Below are positions 47,801 to 56,322 of a stretch of 64,000 bases of DNA, in pieces (position 1 is the stretch's first letter; every line of letters starts with the position of its first letter). The stretch is from a virus (lineage: Duplodnaviria > Caudoviricetes), in the IMG/VR virus record IMGVR_UViG_3300028833_000061, positions 64,001 through 128,000 of that record; one strand, given 5' to 3'. The notes beneath the pieces are model-generated. The model was not told the origin of the DNA. It worked only from the letters and a program-made list of their open reading frames with translations, and ran no database searches. The position numbers and the translations under genes are program-made.

Positions 47801-50800
47801 AACGGACATGACCTCCGCAAAGATCAATAACTTCGCGCTTTTTCTGACGCGAAAAGAGAAGAATAGGCTGCTCCACACGCAGGAGTATAAGACTGTACTT
47901 GGTGAGGCTGCGTTCATTTTTACAGCGTTGAGCGACGAGAATATAAACAGGTTGCCAGATAGCATGACCTGTATCGTAGCACCGGATATAACGGGTACAA
48001 AGCCTAGACAATTCATAGCTGATCTTGTAAATGCTGTAGAAAACGACGATGACCGTGTATACGCTTATTCAGGATATAGGTTCAAGGATGTCTTAGGTAC
48101 GGTCAATGCGCTGCAGAAAGTAGACGCGTACAATCGCATGCCGTTTGTTCCTCGGCATACTGTCGGAGATTCTCGGCCTGAAAAGATAGATGTAATAACA
48201 AACGGAACGTTTGCGTGTTCGGCCGGAACGCTGAAGTACGCCATGTCAAAGGCTGTTTCATTCGGAAGATACGATGTAAATCTCTCTGTAGCTTTCTCCA
48301 AGACAGGTACAGAGATTGTGTGCATCGTTCCGTCTACCGACTGGTCTGATCTTCCAAAGACGTCGAAGCCAGTAGAAGTCATGGTACGGATGGCCGATGA
48401 ATCTAGGTATCCTCTGTTTTCTTACAACGGATGGCATGTCGTTACAGACAAGCGCGCTGTCTCGTCAAGAGCATGCCCGTCGGATCCTGACTCCGTCGCA
48501 GTGATAATCACTACGCATAACAGGACTGATACAGCCAAGACGACAATAGAAAGTCTCGTCAGCAGGTTGAAATATCCAAAACTGCATTGGTTTATAGCAG
48601 ACGACAGGTCAGACCCGGGGCACGTTAAGCAGCTTGTGGACAAGTTCGTAGAACTAGGAATAAAAGACGTATACGTTACTGAGACAAACGACGAGCACTG
48701 GGGACTTGGGGCTTCGCTGAACAACGCGCTCACCGCTGCTTTTAAGCTGACAGACGTCGTACTTACTACAGAAGATGACTGGTATCTTCAATATGACCTA
48801 GATATTTCTGAGTTTGTAGATACCATTAAAAACGATCAGACAGTAGGTGTAATACGACTAGGTGCCGCCAATCACTTGAGCAAGTATATGGAAGAGTACA
48901 CAGACTCTCTTGCCTGTGTTTCTGTTGAAAAATATAAAAGAGACCGAGACAAGACTGGAAGACTGAACAGTCTTCAGGTGGCCATAAGGCATAAAAGGCT
49001 ATTTGATCGTATAGGGTTCTATATTGAAAACAGCAACCCTGACGTCGTCGAGACGGATATGAACTCAAGGTTCGTTAACTATGGGTTGTTAAAAATCCTG
49101 TGGCCTAAAGCATACTGTACATACGATCTTGTGTGCACAGAGAATCCGTTTATGCATTTTGGAGAGTCGACGGTTGGGCATAGTTTCGAGTACATAGACC
49201 CGTGTACGTCACTTGGATGTACCACCGAGGTAGGAGACACCTCCACCCCGTTTTTCGGGGTTGTAATACCTGTATACAAGTCATGCGAAACGCTTAAACG
49301 AGCGCTTACGTCCATAAAAAAACAGACGTACGGCGGATACAGGGTATACGTGTGCGATGATGAGTCTGGCGAGCCGTATGCGTCTGAAAACGAAAGATCA
49401 GTAAATACGATACTTGGTGCCCGCGGAAAATTCATACGAGCAGGAAGCAAGGTCTATGCCGGTGGAGCTCGTGACAAATGCCTTGAGCAAGCAGAAAAGG
49501 ACAACGTTGAGTATATTCTATTCCTGGATGCCGACGACCTTTATGCATACAACGAATTTTTTGAAGAGCTGCGTAACTGCATACACCACAACAACAATCC
49601 AGACCTTGTAGTTATTCCTGCATATTTTGAAACAACTGAAACAAATACTCTAGAGCAGGTTCTGAAGTGCAAAAATATAGAGGCATATTACAAGCAGTCG
49701 ATCCTCTGCACTCCATGGGCCAAATGTATAAAGGCCAAGCTTTGCCCTAGGTTTGAATCTGGACTACGCCGTGCAAACGATGTGTTACAGCACATGCGTG
49801 TGCTCGATACCGTAAAAACAATCGTGCCATTTAAGAAAATAGCCGTAACACGAAAGAAGGACGGCGAGACCACACTGCATGGCACGGCCAAGAAAAAGAA
49901 CATACAGTCTATCGGGGCTCTTACGGGTCTTTTAAAATGTGCATGTCAAATACTTGAAGAGAAATACGAGCATGAATACATGCGGTGGCCCGTAGCCAGA
50001 TTCGTGAAGATGATTCTTACAACACAAGTCGGAGATGTGCTAAATGCCATGGGTACAAACCTTCAGAATTTGATAGATGTCGGATCGGTGAAAAGAGTGC
50101 ATGACTCCGACAACAGGCTTGTAACCGTAGATCTTGGAGGAAGGCTCGGAAATATAATGCTGTCCATATATACATGTTTCTGGTATGCAAAGACGCACGG
50201 AATGCCTGAAGACGTAGTGAAGATAAATGAAAACTATATTCGCACTGGATTAGCAGGCGACCTTCCTGAGTATTTCAAGATGAACATGCCTATATTCAGC
50301 AATGTAAGAAAACATATAATTCCAGAAGAACAGTACAACAAAGAGGTCCAAGTTGCAGACGTGACCATGCTCAATACTCCAACGCGCTCTGTCGATTCTA
50401 TTGACGCGCTTGATCGCGTATGCTTTCCAAAATACGTGTGGCACTATCCTAAGACAGGCTCAGACAGGGAACAGTTCTGCAAACTATTCAGGGTTCCAGA
50501 GCTAGAGGACGAGCTTAGAAAAAAATACCCGGAATATTTTAAAAATAAAAACGTGGCACTGCACGTTCGACGAACAGATTTTCAGTGGTATGCAAATGGA
50601 AAATACATGGAAGATACGGCATCGATCGTTAAAAAGCTAGACGCACACGCCGGAAAGACAGTTGTCGTATTCTCTGATGATATAGATTGGTGTAAAAACA
50701 ACATAACGTCAGACAAGTGCAATATAATATTCCATGAATCGCAGACGCCTGACTGCATGGACATGGTCTTGATGAGCTTGTTCGATTGCATAGAATCTAA

Positions 50801-50882
50801 CCCGTACTCTACGTTTTCATATTGCGCGAAACTATTGAACAAAAATTTGCCACTTACACGAAGAGTCGGAAAACCGGCATAA
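47793..50882 (+). CDS. Multidomain glycosyltransferase GT2 + GT2 + GT11 (fucosyltransferase-like)
   Basis: VIITTHNR..ADDRS..EDDW; VVIPVYK..CDDES..FLDADD; GRLGN..LHVRRTDF..FSDDIDWCK..DMVLMS..STFS. Confidence 0.85.
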   Translation: MTRTDMTSAKINNFALFLTRKEKNRLLHTQEYKTVLGEAAFIFTALSDENINRLPDSMTCIVAPDITGTKPRQFIADLVNAVENDDDRVYAYSGYRFKDVLGTVNALQKVDAYNRMPFVPRHTVGDSRPEKIDVITNGTFACSAGTLKYAMSKAVSFGRYDVNLSVAFSKTGTEIVCIVPSTDWSDLPKTSKPVEVMVRMADESRYPLFSYNGWHVVTDKRAVSSRACPSDPDSVAVIITTHNRTDTAKTTIESLVSRLKYPKLHWFIADDRSDPGHVKQLVDKFVELGIKDVYVTETNDEHWGLGASLNNALTAAFKLTDVVLTTEDDWYLQYDLDISEFVDTIKNDQTVGVIRLGAANHLSKYMEEYTDSLACVSVEKYKRDRDKTGRLNSLQVAIRHKRLFDRIGFYIENSNPDVVETDMNSRFVNYGLLKILWPKAYCTYDLVCTENPFMHFGESTVGHSFEYIDPCTSLGCTTEVGDTSTPFFGVVIPVYKSCETLKRALTSIKKQTYGGYRVYVCDDESGEPYASENERSVNTILGARGKFIRAGSKVYAGGARDKCLEQAEKDNVEYILFLDADDLYAYNEFFEELRNCIHHNNNPDLVVIPAYFETTETNTLEQVLKCKNIEAYYKQSILCTPWAKCIKAKLCPRFESGLRRANDVLQHMRVLDTVKTIVPFKKIAVTRKKDGETTLHGTAKKKNIQSIGALTGLLKCACQILEEKYEHEYMRWPVARFVKMILTTQVGDVLNAMGTNLQNLIDVGSVKRVHDSDNRLVTVDLGGRLGNIMLSIYTCFWYAKTHGMPEDVVKINENYIRTGLAGDLPEYFKMNMPIFSNVRKHIIPEEQYNKEVQVADVTMLNTPTRSVDSIDALDRVCFPKYVWHYPKTGSDREQFCKLFRVPELEDELRKKYPEYFKNKNVALHVRRTDFQWYANGKYMEDTASIVKKLDAHAGKTVVVFSDDIDWCKNNITSDKCNIIFHESQTPDCMDMVLMSLFDCIESNPYSTFSYCAKLLNKNLPLTRRVGKPA

Positions 50883-50916
50883 TTACGAGAAAACAAGGTT
50901 AATTGTACAATATATT

Positions 50917-51038
50917 AAAACAGAACCGACAGGTCCTCTCCAACCTGTCGGTTCCGACGATATGTCCCACGCCCACGGGTAACCAGCCCGCTTTCTAACC
51001 CATAACCAGCAATCAACCAATACCAACCATAACCTCAC
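50917..51038 (-). ncRNA. Candidate GGUU-repeat small RNA with its own terminator
   Basis: TTGACA promoter upstream; five GGTT in about 40 nt; 12 bp terminator stem 50923-50954 followed by TGTTTT. Confidence 0.5.
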
Positions 51039-51042
51039 CTAT

Positions 51043-51072
51043 AATTTAAAACGTAAACGGTTCCAGTGTCAA
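51043..51072 (-). promoter_or_regulatory. sigma70-type promoter
   Basis: Minus strand TTGACA-18 nt-TAAATT, pointing into a gap with no ORF. Confidence 0.6.
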
Positions 51073-51076
51073 GCAT

Positions 51077-51889
51077 TTATTCTGGCTTCTTCGGGTAGCT
51101 GTACCACGGTGGCCTTAGAATAAACGGTTTAACATGCGGAGGAGGTGGAGGTGGAATCGGACAGGGAGGACGTTTGTCCATAGCTTCCTTAACAGCAGTA
51201 ACAAGCTGTTCTATTGAAGAAGCCATATCTGATAACGCCTTCTCTACATCTGTCTGCTCTGTTTCTTTATCGTCCTTGTCATCCTTGTGCGGACAGCCAG
51301 ACTTAGCGCCGACAAGGTATTCTGCTATAAGCTTTACACCTTCCTCTACGTTTCCAAATGAACTGTGCCCTGCCTCGATATCCGCAAGAACAGCACGAAG
51401 TCTCTCTTTCTGCTCGTCCGTCATCCCCTGAATGCACTTGCATACTGCAGAAGCGGCAGTCTCGTCGTCCCTGTAAGGAATATCGTGAACGGACGAAGAA
51501 GGTTCGTACTCGACTTCGAAGTGTCCAGAAAGCTGCGTCTGACGATGTCGACCGTCAATATCTGTAACGGCTAAAGAAAAAGCGTATGTGCCTCTTCTGA
51601 GGCTGTTTGACACCTTGTCAGGTACGACGACGTGCACAAGACCAGGAATTACTTCGTCTGAAAAAACGCCTTTCGACCACTCGCCGACCCAAATCGGGAA
51701 GTGATTAAATTTCGTCTCTGAAAGCACGAATTTGACGATCGTGTTCCTGTAGTTTGCAGGCATGCCGTTTGAAGGGTTTATAAGCTTTGCGTCAACCTTC
51801 CACGCGTCGCCTGAAACGACCTTGACGATGTGCATCCTGTCGCACTCAAGCGGCTTGTTGCACCCAGGAGGATTTGGTTTTACGAACAT
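51077..51889 (-). CDS. BppU-like N-terminal domain protein with Pro-rich tail
   Basis: IVKVVSGDAW..VKFVL..GTYAFSLAV..SGHFEV beta-sandwich pattern. Confidence 0.55.
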   Translation of the reverse strand: MFVKPNPPGCNKPLECDRMHIVKVVSGDAWKVDAKLINPSNGMPANYRNTIVKFVLSETKFNHFPIWVGEWSKGVFSDEVIPGLVHVVVPDKVSNSLRRGTYAFSLAVTDIDGRHRQTQLSGHFEVEYEPSSSVHDIPYRDDETAASAVCKCIQGMTDEQKERLRAVLADIEAGHSSFGNVEEGVKLIAEYLVGAKSGCPHKDDKDDKETEQTDVEKALSDMASSIEQLVTAVKEAMDKRPPCPIPPPPPPHVKPFILRPPWYSYPKKPE

Positions 51890-51892
51890 GTT

Positions 51893-52867
51893 TTATCCTA
51901 TCTTTATCTTGTTCCACAGCCACTTCCAGAAAGACTGCGTCTTCGGCTTCGTGGCAACCCTAGGGTCTTTTCTGAACACAGGAATACCCCATCCGAACTC
52001 TTCATCCCTGCCTTCAGGCCCTACATCATATGCTATTTTTCTCAATTCGTCACGAAGATCCGCAGGCTTCAGGAAAAGGCCTGTGCGTTTCTTGAAGTCG
52101 CTCTGTATCAATGCACCGACAGCCGCAACCGCAGGACAGGAGAAGCTTGTTCCTGACATTGACGCATACGTATTGTTCAGGAACGTGCTGAATACGTCTA
52201 CACCGCCTGCTGCAAACTCGACCTCAGGTCCTCTTGACGAGAAATCTGCAAGCTTCTGCTTTCTGTCTACTGCAGCTACAGCTATTACAGTATCGAATCT
52301 TGCAGGGAAGTTCACCTCTCCGGAATCGTTTCCAGCTGCTGCAAATAACGTAGCCCCCTTGGAGTACGCATACTCACAGGCCTTCTCCAATGCAGGATCT
52401 ACATAGTAGTTTGAAGGAATTCCAAGCGACATATTGATGATCTGGGCCTTTACGACATCCACTGCCCAGTATATGCCTTCTATGAGGTATCTAGTGGATC
52501 CGCTGCCATACTTGTCAAGAACAGCTCCGTAGTAGTCCTGGCAGTCAGGTGCTATCCCCTTGATTCCTACTCCGTTATCTGCTGTGGCTGCTATCACACC
52601 GCCGCAGAATGTTGAATGGCCCGCCAAATCTAGGCCATACCCAGGTACAAATGAAGTGCTGCCAGCAACAGTTATATCCCTGTGCGTAGGCGTTCCTGTA
52701 TCAAGAATCGCAACCTTTACGCCTTCGCCCCTTGAATTCCTCCAAGCGGAAGGAATGTTCATAAGATCGTGGTTGTAGTCAGTAACCTCGGATAGGGTCT
52801 GCACCTTGAATGCAGGCACTATCGACGGAACCATTGGAAGAAGTTCGTTTAAAGGAAGCTTTTTCAT
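51893..52867 (-). CDS. Subtilisin-like serine peptidase (S8)
   Basis: VAILDTG, GHSTFCGG, INMSLG, AAAGND, SGTSFSCP; intact D/H/S triad. Confidence 0.93.
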   Translation of the reverse strand: MKKLPLNELLPMVPSIVPAFKVQTLSEVTDYNHDLMNIPSAWRNSRGEGVKVAILDTGTPTHRDITVAGSTSFVPGYGLDLAGHSTFCGGVIAATADNGVGIKGIAPDCQDYYGAVLDKYGSGSTRYLIEGIYWAVDVVKAQIINMSLGIPSNYYVDPALEKACEYAYSKGATLFAAAGNDSGEVNFPARFDTVIAVAAVDRKQKLADFSSRGPEVEFAAGGVDVFSTFLNNTYASMSGTSFSCPAVAAVGALIQSDFKKRTGLFLKPADLRDELRKIAYDVGPEGRDEEFGWGIPVFRKDPRVATKPKTQSFWKWLWNKIKIG

Positions 52868-52874
52868 CCAAGAC

Positions 52875-52883
52875 AGTATAGCA
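52875..52883 (-). promoter_or_regulatory. Extended -10 promoter (TGCTATACT), probably giving a near-leaderless peptidase mRNA
   Basis: Same TGCTATACTGT as at 11077-11087; ATG lies 7 nt downstream of the -10 box. Confidence 0.55.
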
Positions 52884-52893
52884 TATATAAAAT

Positions 52894-52933
52894 GTAAAGA
52901 GAAGCCCCGAGCCCGCTTGCGCGGGCCGGGGCT
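52894..52933 (-). terminator. Intrinsic terminator
   Basis: Minus strand AGCCCCGGCCCGC...GCGGGCTCGGGGCT followed by TCTCTTTAC. Confidence 0.7.
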
Positions 52934-52946
52934 GTCGGGCTAGGAT

Positions 52947-53363
52947 TTAGTAATCCATAGCGATTTGGTATCCAACCCCTTGCTGTCCTTGGGTGAATAG
53001 AGTTCTCCACCCTACACGGACCGCGGACCGGACCGCACAGCGATCCTCGGTGAAGTTGAGGAAGTAGAGGGCATCACGCATGGCGGGAAGTCCCTCCTGC
53101 TCCTCAGTTTCGCGCATCTTTCTGTCGAATTCTGCCGTCCTGATTATCATCCTGTTTGACCACCTCCTTACAGGAGCGAGCGATTTCCACTCCTGTTCTC
53201 CTCGTACAACCACTCTTGCCTGCGACAGGTCGTATCCCGCGTCCCAGAACCTGGCCTCTTCGGCCAGTTTGCTCGGATCATACCCAAGCATTCTTGCGAG
53301 CTTTTTGGTGTACTGGAACACGCCACCGTGGGCGATTGCAGCCTTCATTTGCCGTTTCTTCAT
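52947..53363 (-). CDS. Hypothetical protein
   Basis: Start reassigned to MKKRQMK (53363), preceded by AGAAAGGAAG. Confidence 0.7.
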   Translation of the reverse strand: MKKRQMKAAIAHGGVFQYTKKLARMLGYDPSKLAEEARFWDAGYDLSQARVVVRGEQEWKSLAPVRRWSNRMIIRTAEFDRKMRETEEQEGLPAMRDALYFLNFTEDRCAVRSAVRVGWRTLFTQGQQGVGYQIAMDY

Positions 53364-53378
53364 CTTGCTTCCTTTCTG

Positions 53379-53506
53379 GGCGATTGCCCGGTTGCCGTCC
53401 GCGACGAAGCAACGATCGCGAACGGTTGTTTTTGACGGAGACGCCATGTGCTGACCACCCGGCCAGCATGCACGACGATCGTTCCGTCGAACAATCGCCT
53501 TTCGGC
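53379..53506 (-). ncRNA. Candidate multi-stem structured 5' leader RNA
   Basis: 12 bp closing stem plus three internal stems with G-U wobbles, lying between a TATAAATA element and the SD sequence. Confidence 0.45.
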
Positions 53507-53512
53507 TTCAAT

Positions 53513-53523
53513 TATTTATACCG
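53513..53523 (-). promoter_or_regulatory. CGGTATAAATA promoter-like element
   Basis: Recurrent intergenic motif. Confidence 0.6.
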
Positions 53524-53557
53524 CGAAAATGCCTGGAATTAAGTCTTCGTACAACGG

Positions 53558-53589
53558 GTAAAAGAAAGCCCCGGAACATACTCCGGGGC
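53558..53589 (-). terminator. Intrinsic terminator
   Basis: Minus strand GCCCCGGA-gtatgt-TCCGGGGC followed by TTTCTTTT. Confidence 0.8.
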
Positions 53590-53595
53590 ATTCCA

Positions 53596-54063
53596 TTAAC
53601 GGGCTTCCATAAGGCGCTTCAACCTGGCTGGATGGCGCAGCTTTCGCAGCGACCGAGCCTCTATCTGGCGAACTCGCTCGCGCGTTATGCCGAGGCGTTC
53701 GCCGACCTCTTCGAGAGTAAGCGGCTTATTGCCGCTAAGGCCGAACCTGAGAGACATTACAATTCTCTCTCGCTCCTTAAGAGTATTTAGGACCGAGTGC
53801 ACGACATCGAAGATATCGACGATCGCCATGTTGTCGGTAGGAAGCCTGGGCTGTGTCCTTGCTTCCTCGAAAACCTCCTCGGCCAGCTTTTTCTTTTTAA
53901 GCCTCTTCGATACGTGGGCCGAATCAATAATACGGCCATTCTTTGTTGTCTGGAGGCCACATCTGTTGTGCTTGCCTCCAGTGCATTCGACACACGTGGC
54001 ACATCTGTCTGTGTCACGTTGCTCGCCCGTAACAGGGCAAAGGAATCTTGCGTGTGTTTTCAT
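53596..54063 (-). CDS. Stand-alone sigma70 region 4 protein with N-terminal Cys cluster
   Basis: LKERERIVMSLRFGL..TLEEVGERLGITRERVRQIEARSLRKLRHP; start MKTHARF after an AACC leader; no region 2. Confidence 0.85.
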   Translation of the reverse strand: MKTHARFLCPVTGEQRDTDRCATCVECTGGKHNRCGLQTTKNGRIIDSAHVSKRLKKKKLAEEVFEEARTQPRLPTDNMAIVDIFDVVHSVLNTLKERERIVMSLRFGLSGNKPLTLEEVGERLGITRERVRQIEARSLRKLRHPARLKRLMEAR

Positions 54064-54133
54064 GGTTTTGGTTGGTTGTGGTTGGTGTAAAAGTAAAGAA
54101 ACGCACGGAGACTGGTCGCGCGTTTCATCTGGG

Positions 54134-54637
54134 TTAGTGTTTGTACTCAAGAACGATGACGTCGTCCACGAGTTCGAGAAGCACACGGGCTGCCATGTGC
54201 GAGTCGTACGACTTTTGCGCTGTCGTTAGAGGAATCTCGCGAAATGCCTCCTTTACTGCAACACTGTACGGCTTCGTGCATGCCTTCGTTTTTGCAAGCT
54301 TCTTCACAGCCGCAACACGAACGACAGCCGCAGACACTGCGAACTCGTCCTTGCGTGACGTCCAGACATCAAGCTTGGACCAGCGCAAGAACATGTCCTC
54401 CAGTCCGTTGATGATAACGGACGGATACCAGTCGAGCGCGCGGTTGACTGCGCAGACTACATCGTACCGCGACAGCTCTTTGGAATCTTCGTCCAGCATC
54501 TCGTGCGCGACCGCACGAGTGTTTGACATCGCACGATCGAGAAAACGAGTCTTGTTCTTTACATGGATGTGCTCGTTGCCCCATGATCGAACGACCTGGA
54601 TCTGCGCGCAGCAGCACGTTAGTGAGAGAGTGTTCAT
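54134..54637 (-). CDS. Hypothetical protein
   Basis: Start MNTLSL after an AC-rich leader. Confidence 0.7.
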   Translation of the reverse strand: MNTLSLTCCCAQIQVVRSWGNEHIHVKNKTRFLDRAMSNTRAVAHEMLDEDSKELSRYDVVCAVNRALDWYPSVIINGLEDMFLRWSKLDVWTSRKDEFAVSAAVVRVAAVKKLAKTKACTKPYSVAVKEAFREIPLTTAQKSYDSHMAARVLLELVDDVIVLEYKH

Positions 54638-54707
54638 GGTGTGTAGTTGTTGTTGGTTGTCGTTGATGCAAGTAAAGAAGCGCGGATGTTGAGTCCGCGC
54701 TTCCTGG

Positions 54708-54881
54708 CTAGCGAGCGTGCTCAATCGCACAGTGCTCGCTGCATCCCTTCGTTGCACTGCCCCATTGTGGGCAGCCGGGGCAGCACGGGCCCCAGTTATC
54801 GTGGGAGGACTGGATTGCCTCCCAATCGACGGACGGCTTGTTCGGCTCGTCCGATTTCTTTGAATTGTTTTCGTTATTCAT
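54708..54881 (-). CDS. Small Cys-rich protein
   Basis: MNNENNS...CCPGCPQWG..GCSEHC. Confidence 0.5.
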   Translation of the reverse strand: MNNENNSKKSDEPNKPSVDWEAIQSSHDNWGPCCPGCPQWGSATKGCSEHCAIEHAR

Positions 54882-54976
54882 GTGTGTGGTACGAGTTGGT
54901 TTTCCTCGCAATAAGTTATAACTTATTCCATACAATATTTAAAAGAAGGCCGGAGGCCGACCTTCTGCTGCAAGGA

Positions 54977-55642
54977 TTACTCCTCCAGCCCCAGCTTGAT
55001 GCTGTCCTCCATGAGCTTGACTGCGTCCTGGATGCTGTTGGCAAGCTTTAGGGCGTCCTCTTTGTCGCCGACACGTCCAAGCTCCCAGAACTCGCGGAAG
55101 AAATGCATCGTTACTTCGCGTGCGTTCTTCAGGGTCTCTAGAACCTTGTTGAAGGCGTCGAGCCGTTCCTGCTTGGCTTCCTCGGCTTCGTCCGCAAGCA
55201 TCTCCTCGACATCTTCCGGTGCGCACATCTTGTGCGCCAAGGCCATGTCTTCGGATGAATGTTTGTTTTCGAATGACCACTGTATCCAGCTAGGAGGCTT
55301 TCCTCCGAACGTAGAAGTCCAGCCTGCGCGATTGTTCTTCACTTCGAACTCGGTGGATTCTGCAACGAGCTCTCCGATGAACTTTGGCGTCATGGATGCT
55401 CCTAGCAGCGGAAGCGCGAAGAACTTGCCTGTTCCGGCAGGCATCAGGTGTCCGGTGTTATCCGTGCACGAGAAGCCCTTGCATGGACAGACGATCCACG
55501 AGAGGACTTCGCCGTTGTCGCCTGACATCCACGAAGTGATGACGAGCGAAGGAACGCCGTTGATGAGCCGAACGTCGCCTGGCTTGATGGCGTCACCGCT
55601 TTTGGCAGGAGGGGTGATCGAACCTTTGTTGTTTGTGTCCAT
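54977..55642 (-). CDS. Hypothetical protein
   Basis: 221 aa, downstream of TATAAATA and followed by a hairpin at about 54945-54966. Confidence 0.75.
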   Translation of the reverse strand: MDTNNKGSITPPAKSGDAIKPGDVRLINGVPSLVITSWMSGDNGEVLSWIVCPCKGFSCTDNTGHLMPAGTGKFFALPLLGASMTPKFIGELVAESTEFEVKNNRAGWTSTFGGKPPSWIQWSFENKHSSEDMALAHKMCAPEDVEEMLADEAEEAKQERLDAFNKVLETLKNAREVTMHFFREFWELGRVGDKEDALKLANSIQDAVKLMEDSIKLGLEE

Positions 55643-55670
55643 AGTGAAAAATCCTGAGGGGTAAACAGAC

Positions 55671-55679
55671 TATTTATAA
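55671..55679 (-). promoter_or_regulatory. TTATAAATA promoter-like element
   Basis: Recurrent motif, about 30 nt upstream of an ATG. Confidence 0.55.
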
Positions 55680-55712
55680 TCCGCCGTCTGCCAGGGCGGA
55701 GTTGGTGGTTGA

Positions 55713-56201
55713 TTAGTAGTCGTGGCGCTGGCAACCGCACCAGCCCCAATTGGAGAGGAGGGGATCGGGTCTGCCATCGTCTTGTTCGGTGAACTTCGCA
55801 TAGAGCTTGAGCTCCTCACCGCGAAGTTTCAAACTCCGTGCGTTGGTGTAGAACAGCGAGCGAACATGCTCGCGGTCTCGCCTGCTTCTGGATACCCAGT
55901 CCGTCATTTCGTTGATGTCGATCTTGTCGGTGCCTACGACGCGAGCATCGTGGCAAGCTACGAGGCAGAGCGCCTCGTTGAGATCTGTCTGAGCCATCCT
56001 GATTTTGTGCAGGAGTTGGCACTGGGTCCAGTTCCTGTCCTCGATTTTCTCCGGGACCTGCTCGGCAGCGTCCTGGATGATCTTGGCGAAGGCGGCGCAA
56101 GCCGCCAGCAGGACTTTGTAGCCACGCTGGATGATGTTCAGCGGCGTGGACGCTGCGGGGATGTGCTCCCCGTACTTGAGCGGGAGGAGGTTGATTTTCA
56201 T
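55713..56201 (-). CDS. Hypothetical protein
   Basis: Start MKINLL after CCAACC. Confidence 0.7.
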   Translation of the reverse strand: MKINLLPLKYGEHIPAASTPLNIIQRGYKVLLAACAAFAKIIQDAAEQVPEKIEDRNWTQCQLLHKIRMAQTDLNEALCLVACHDARVVGTDKIDINEMTDWVSRSRRDREHVRSLFYTNARSLKLRGEELKLYAKFTEQDDGRPDPLLSNWGWCGCQRHDY

Positions 56202-56322
56202 GGTTGGCGGGGTGCTGGTACTTTGTCGCAAGCACGATCCTTTTCATCGTGGCATGCAACTGCCTCTCCGCAACCTGTGTAGGGTGCGTAGATTTAATCC
56301 GATTTGGAAGCTTCCCAGCAAC

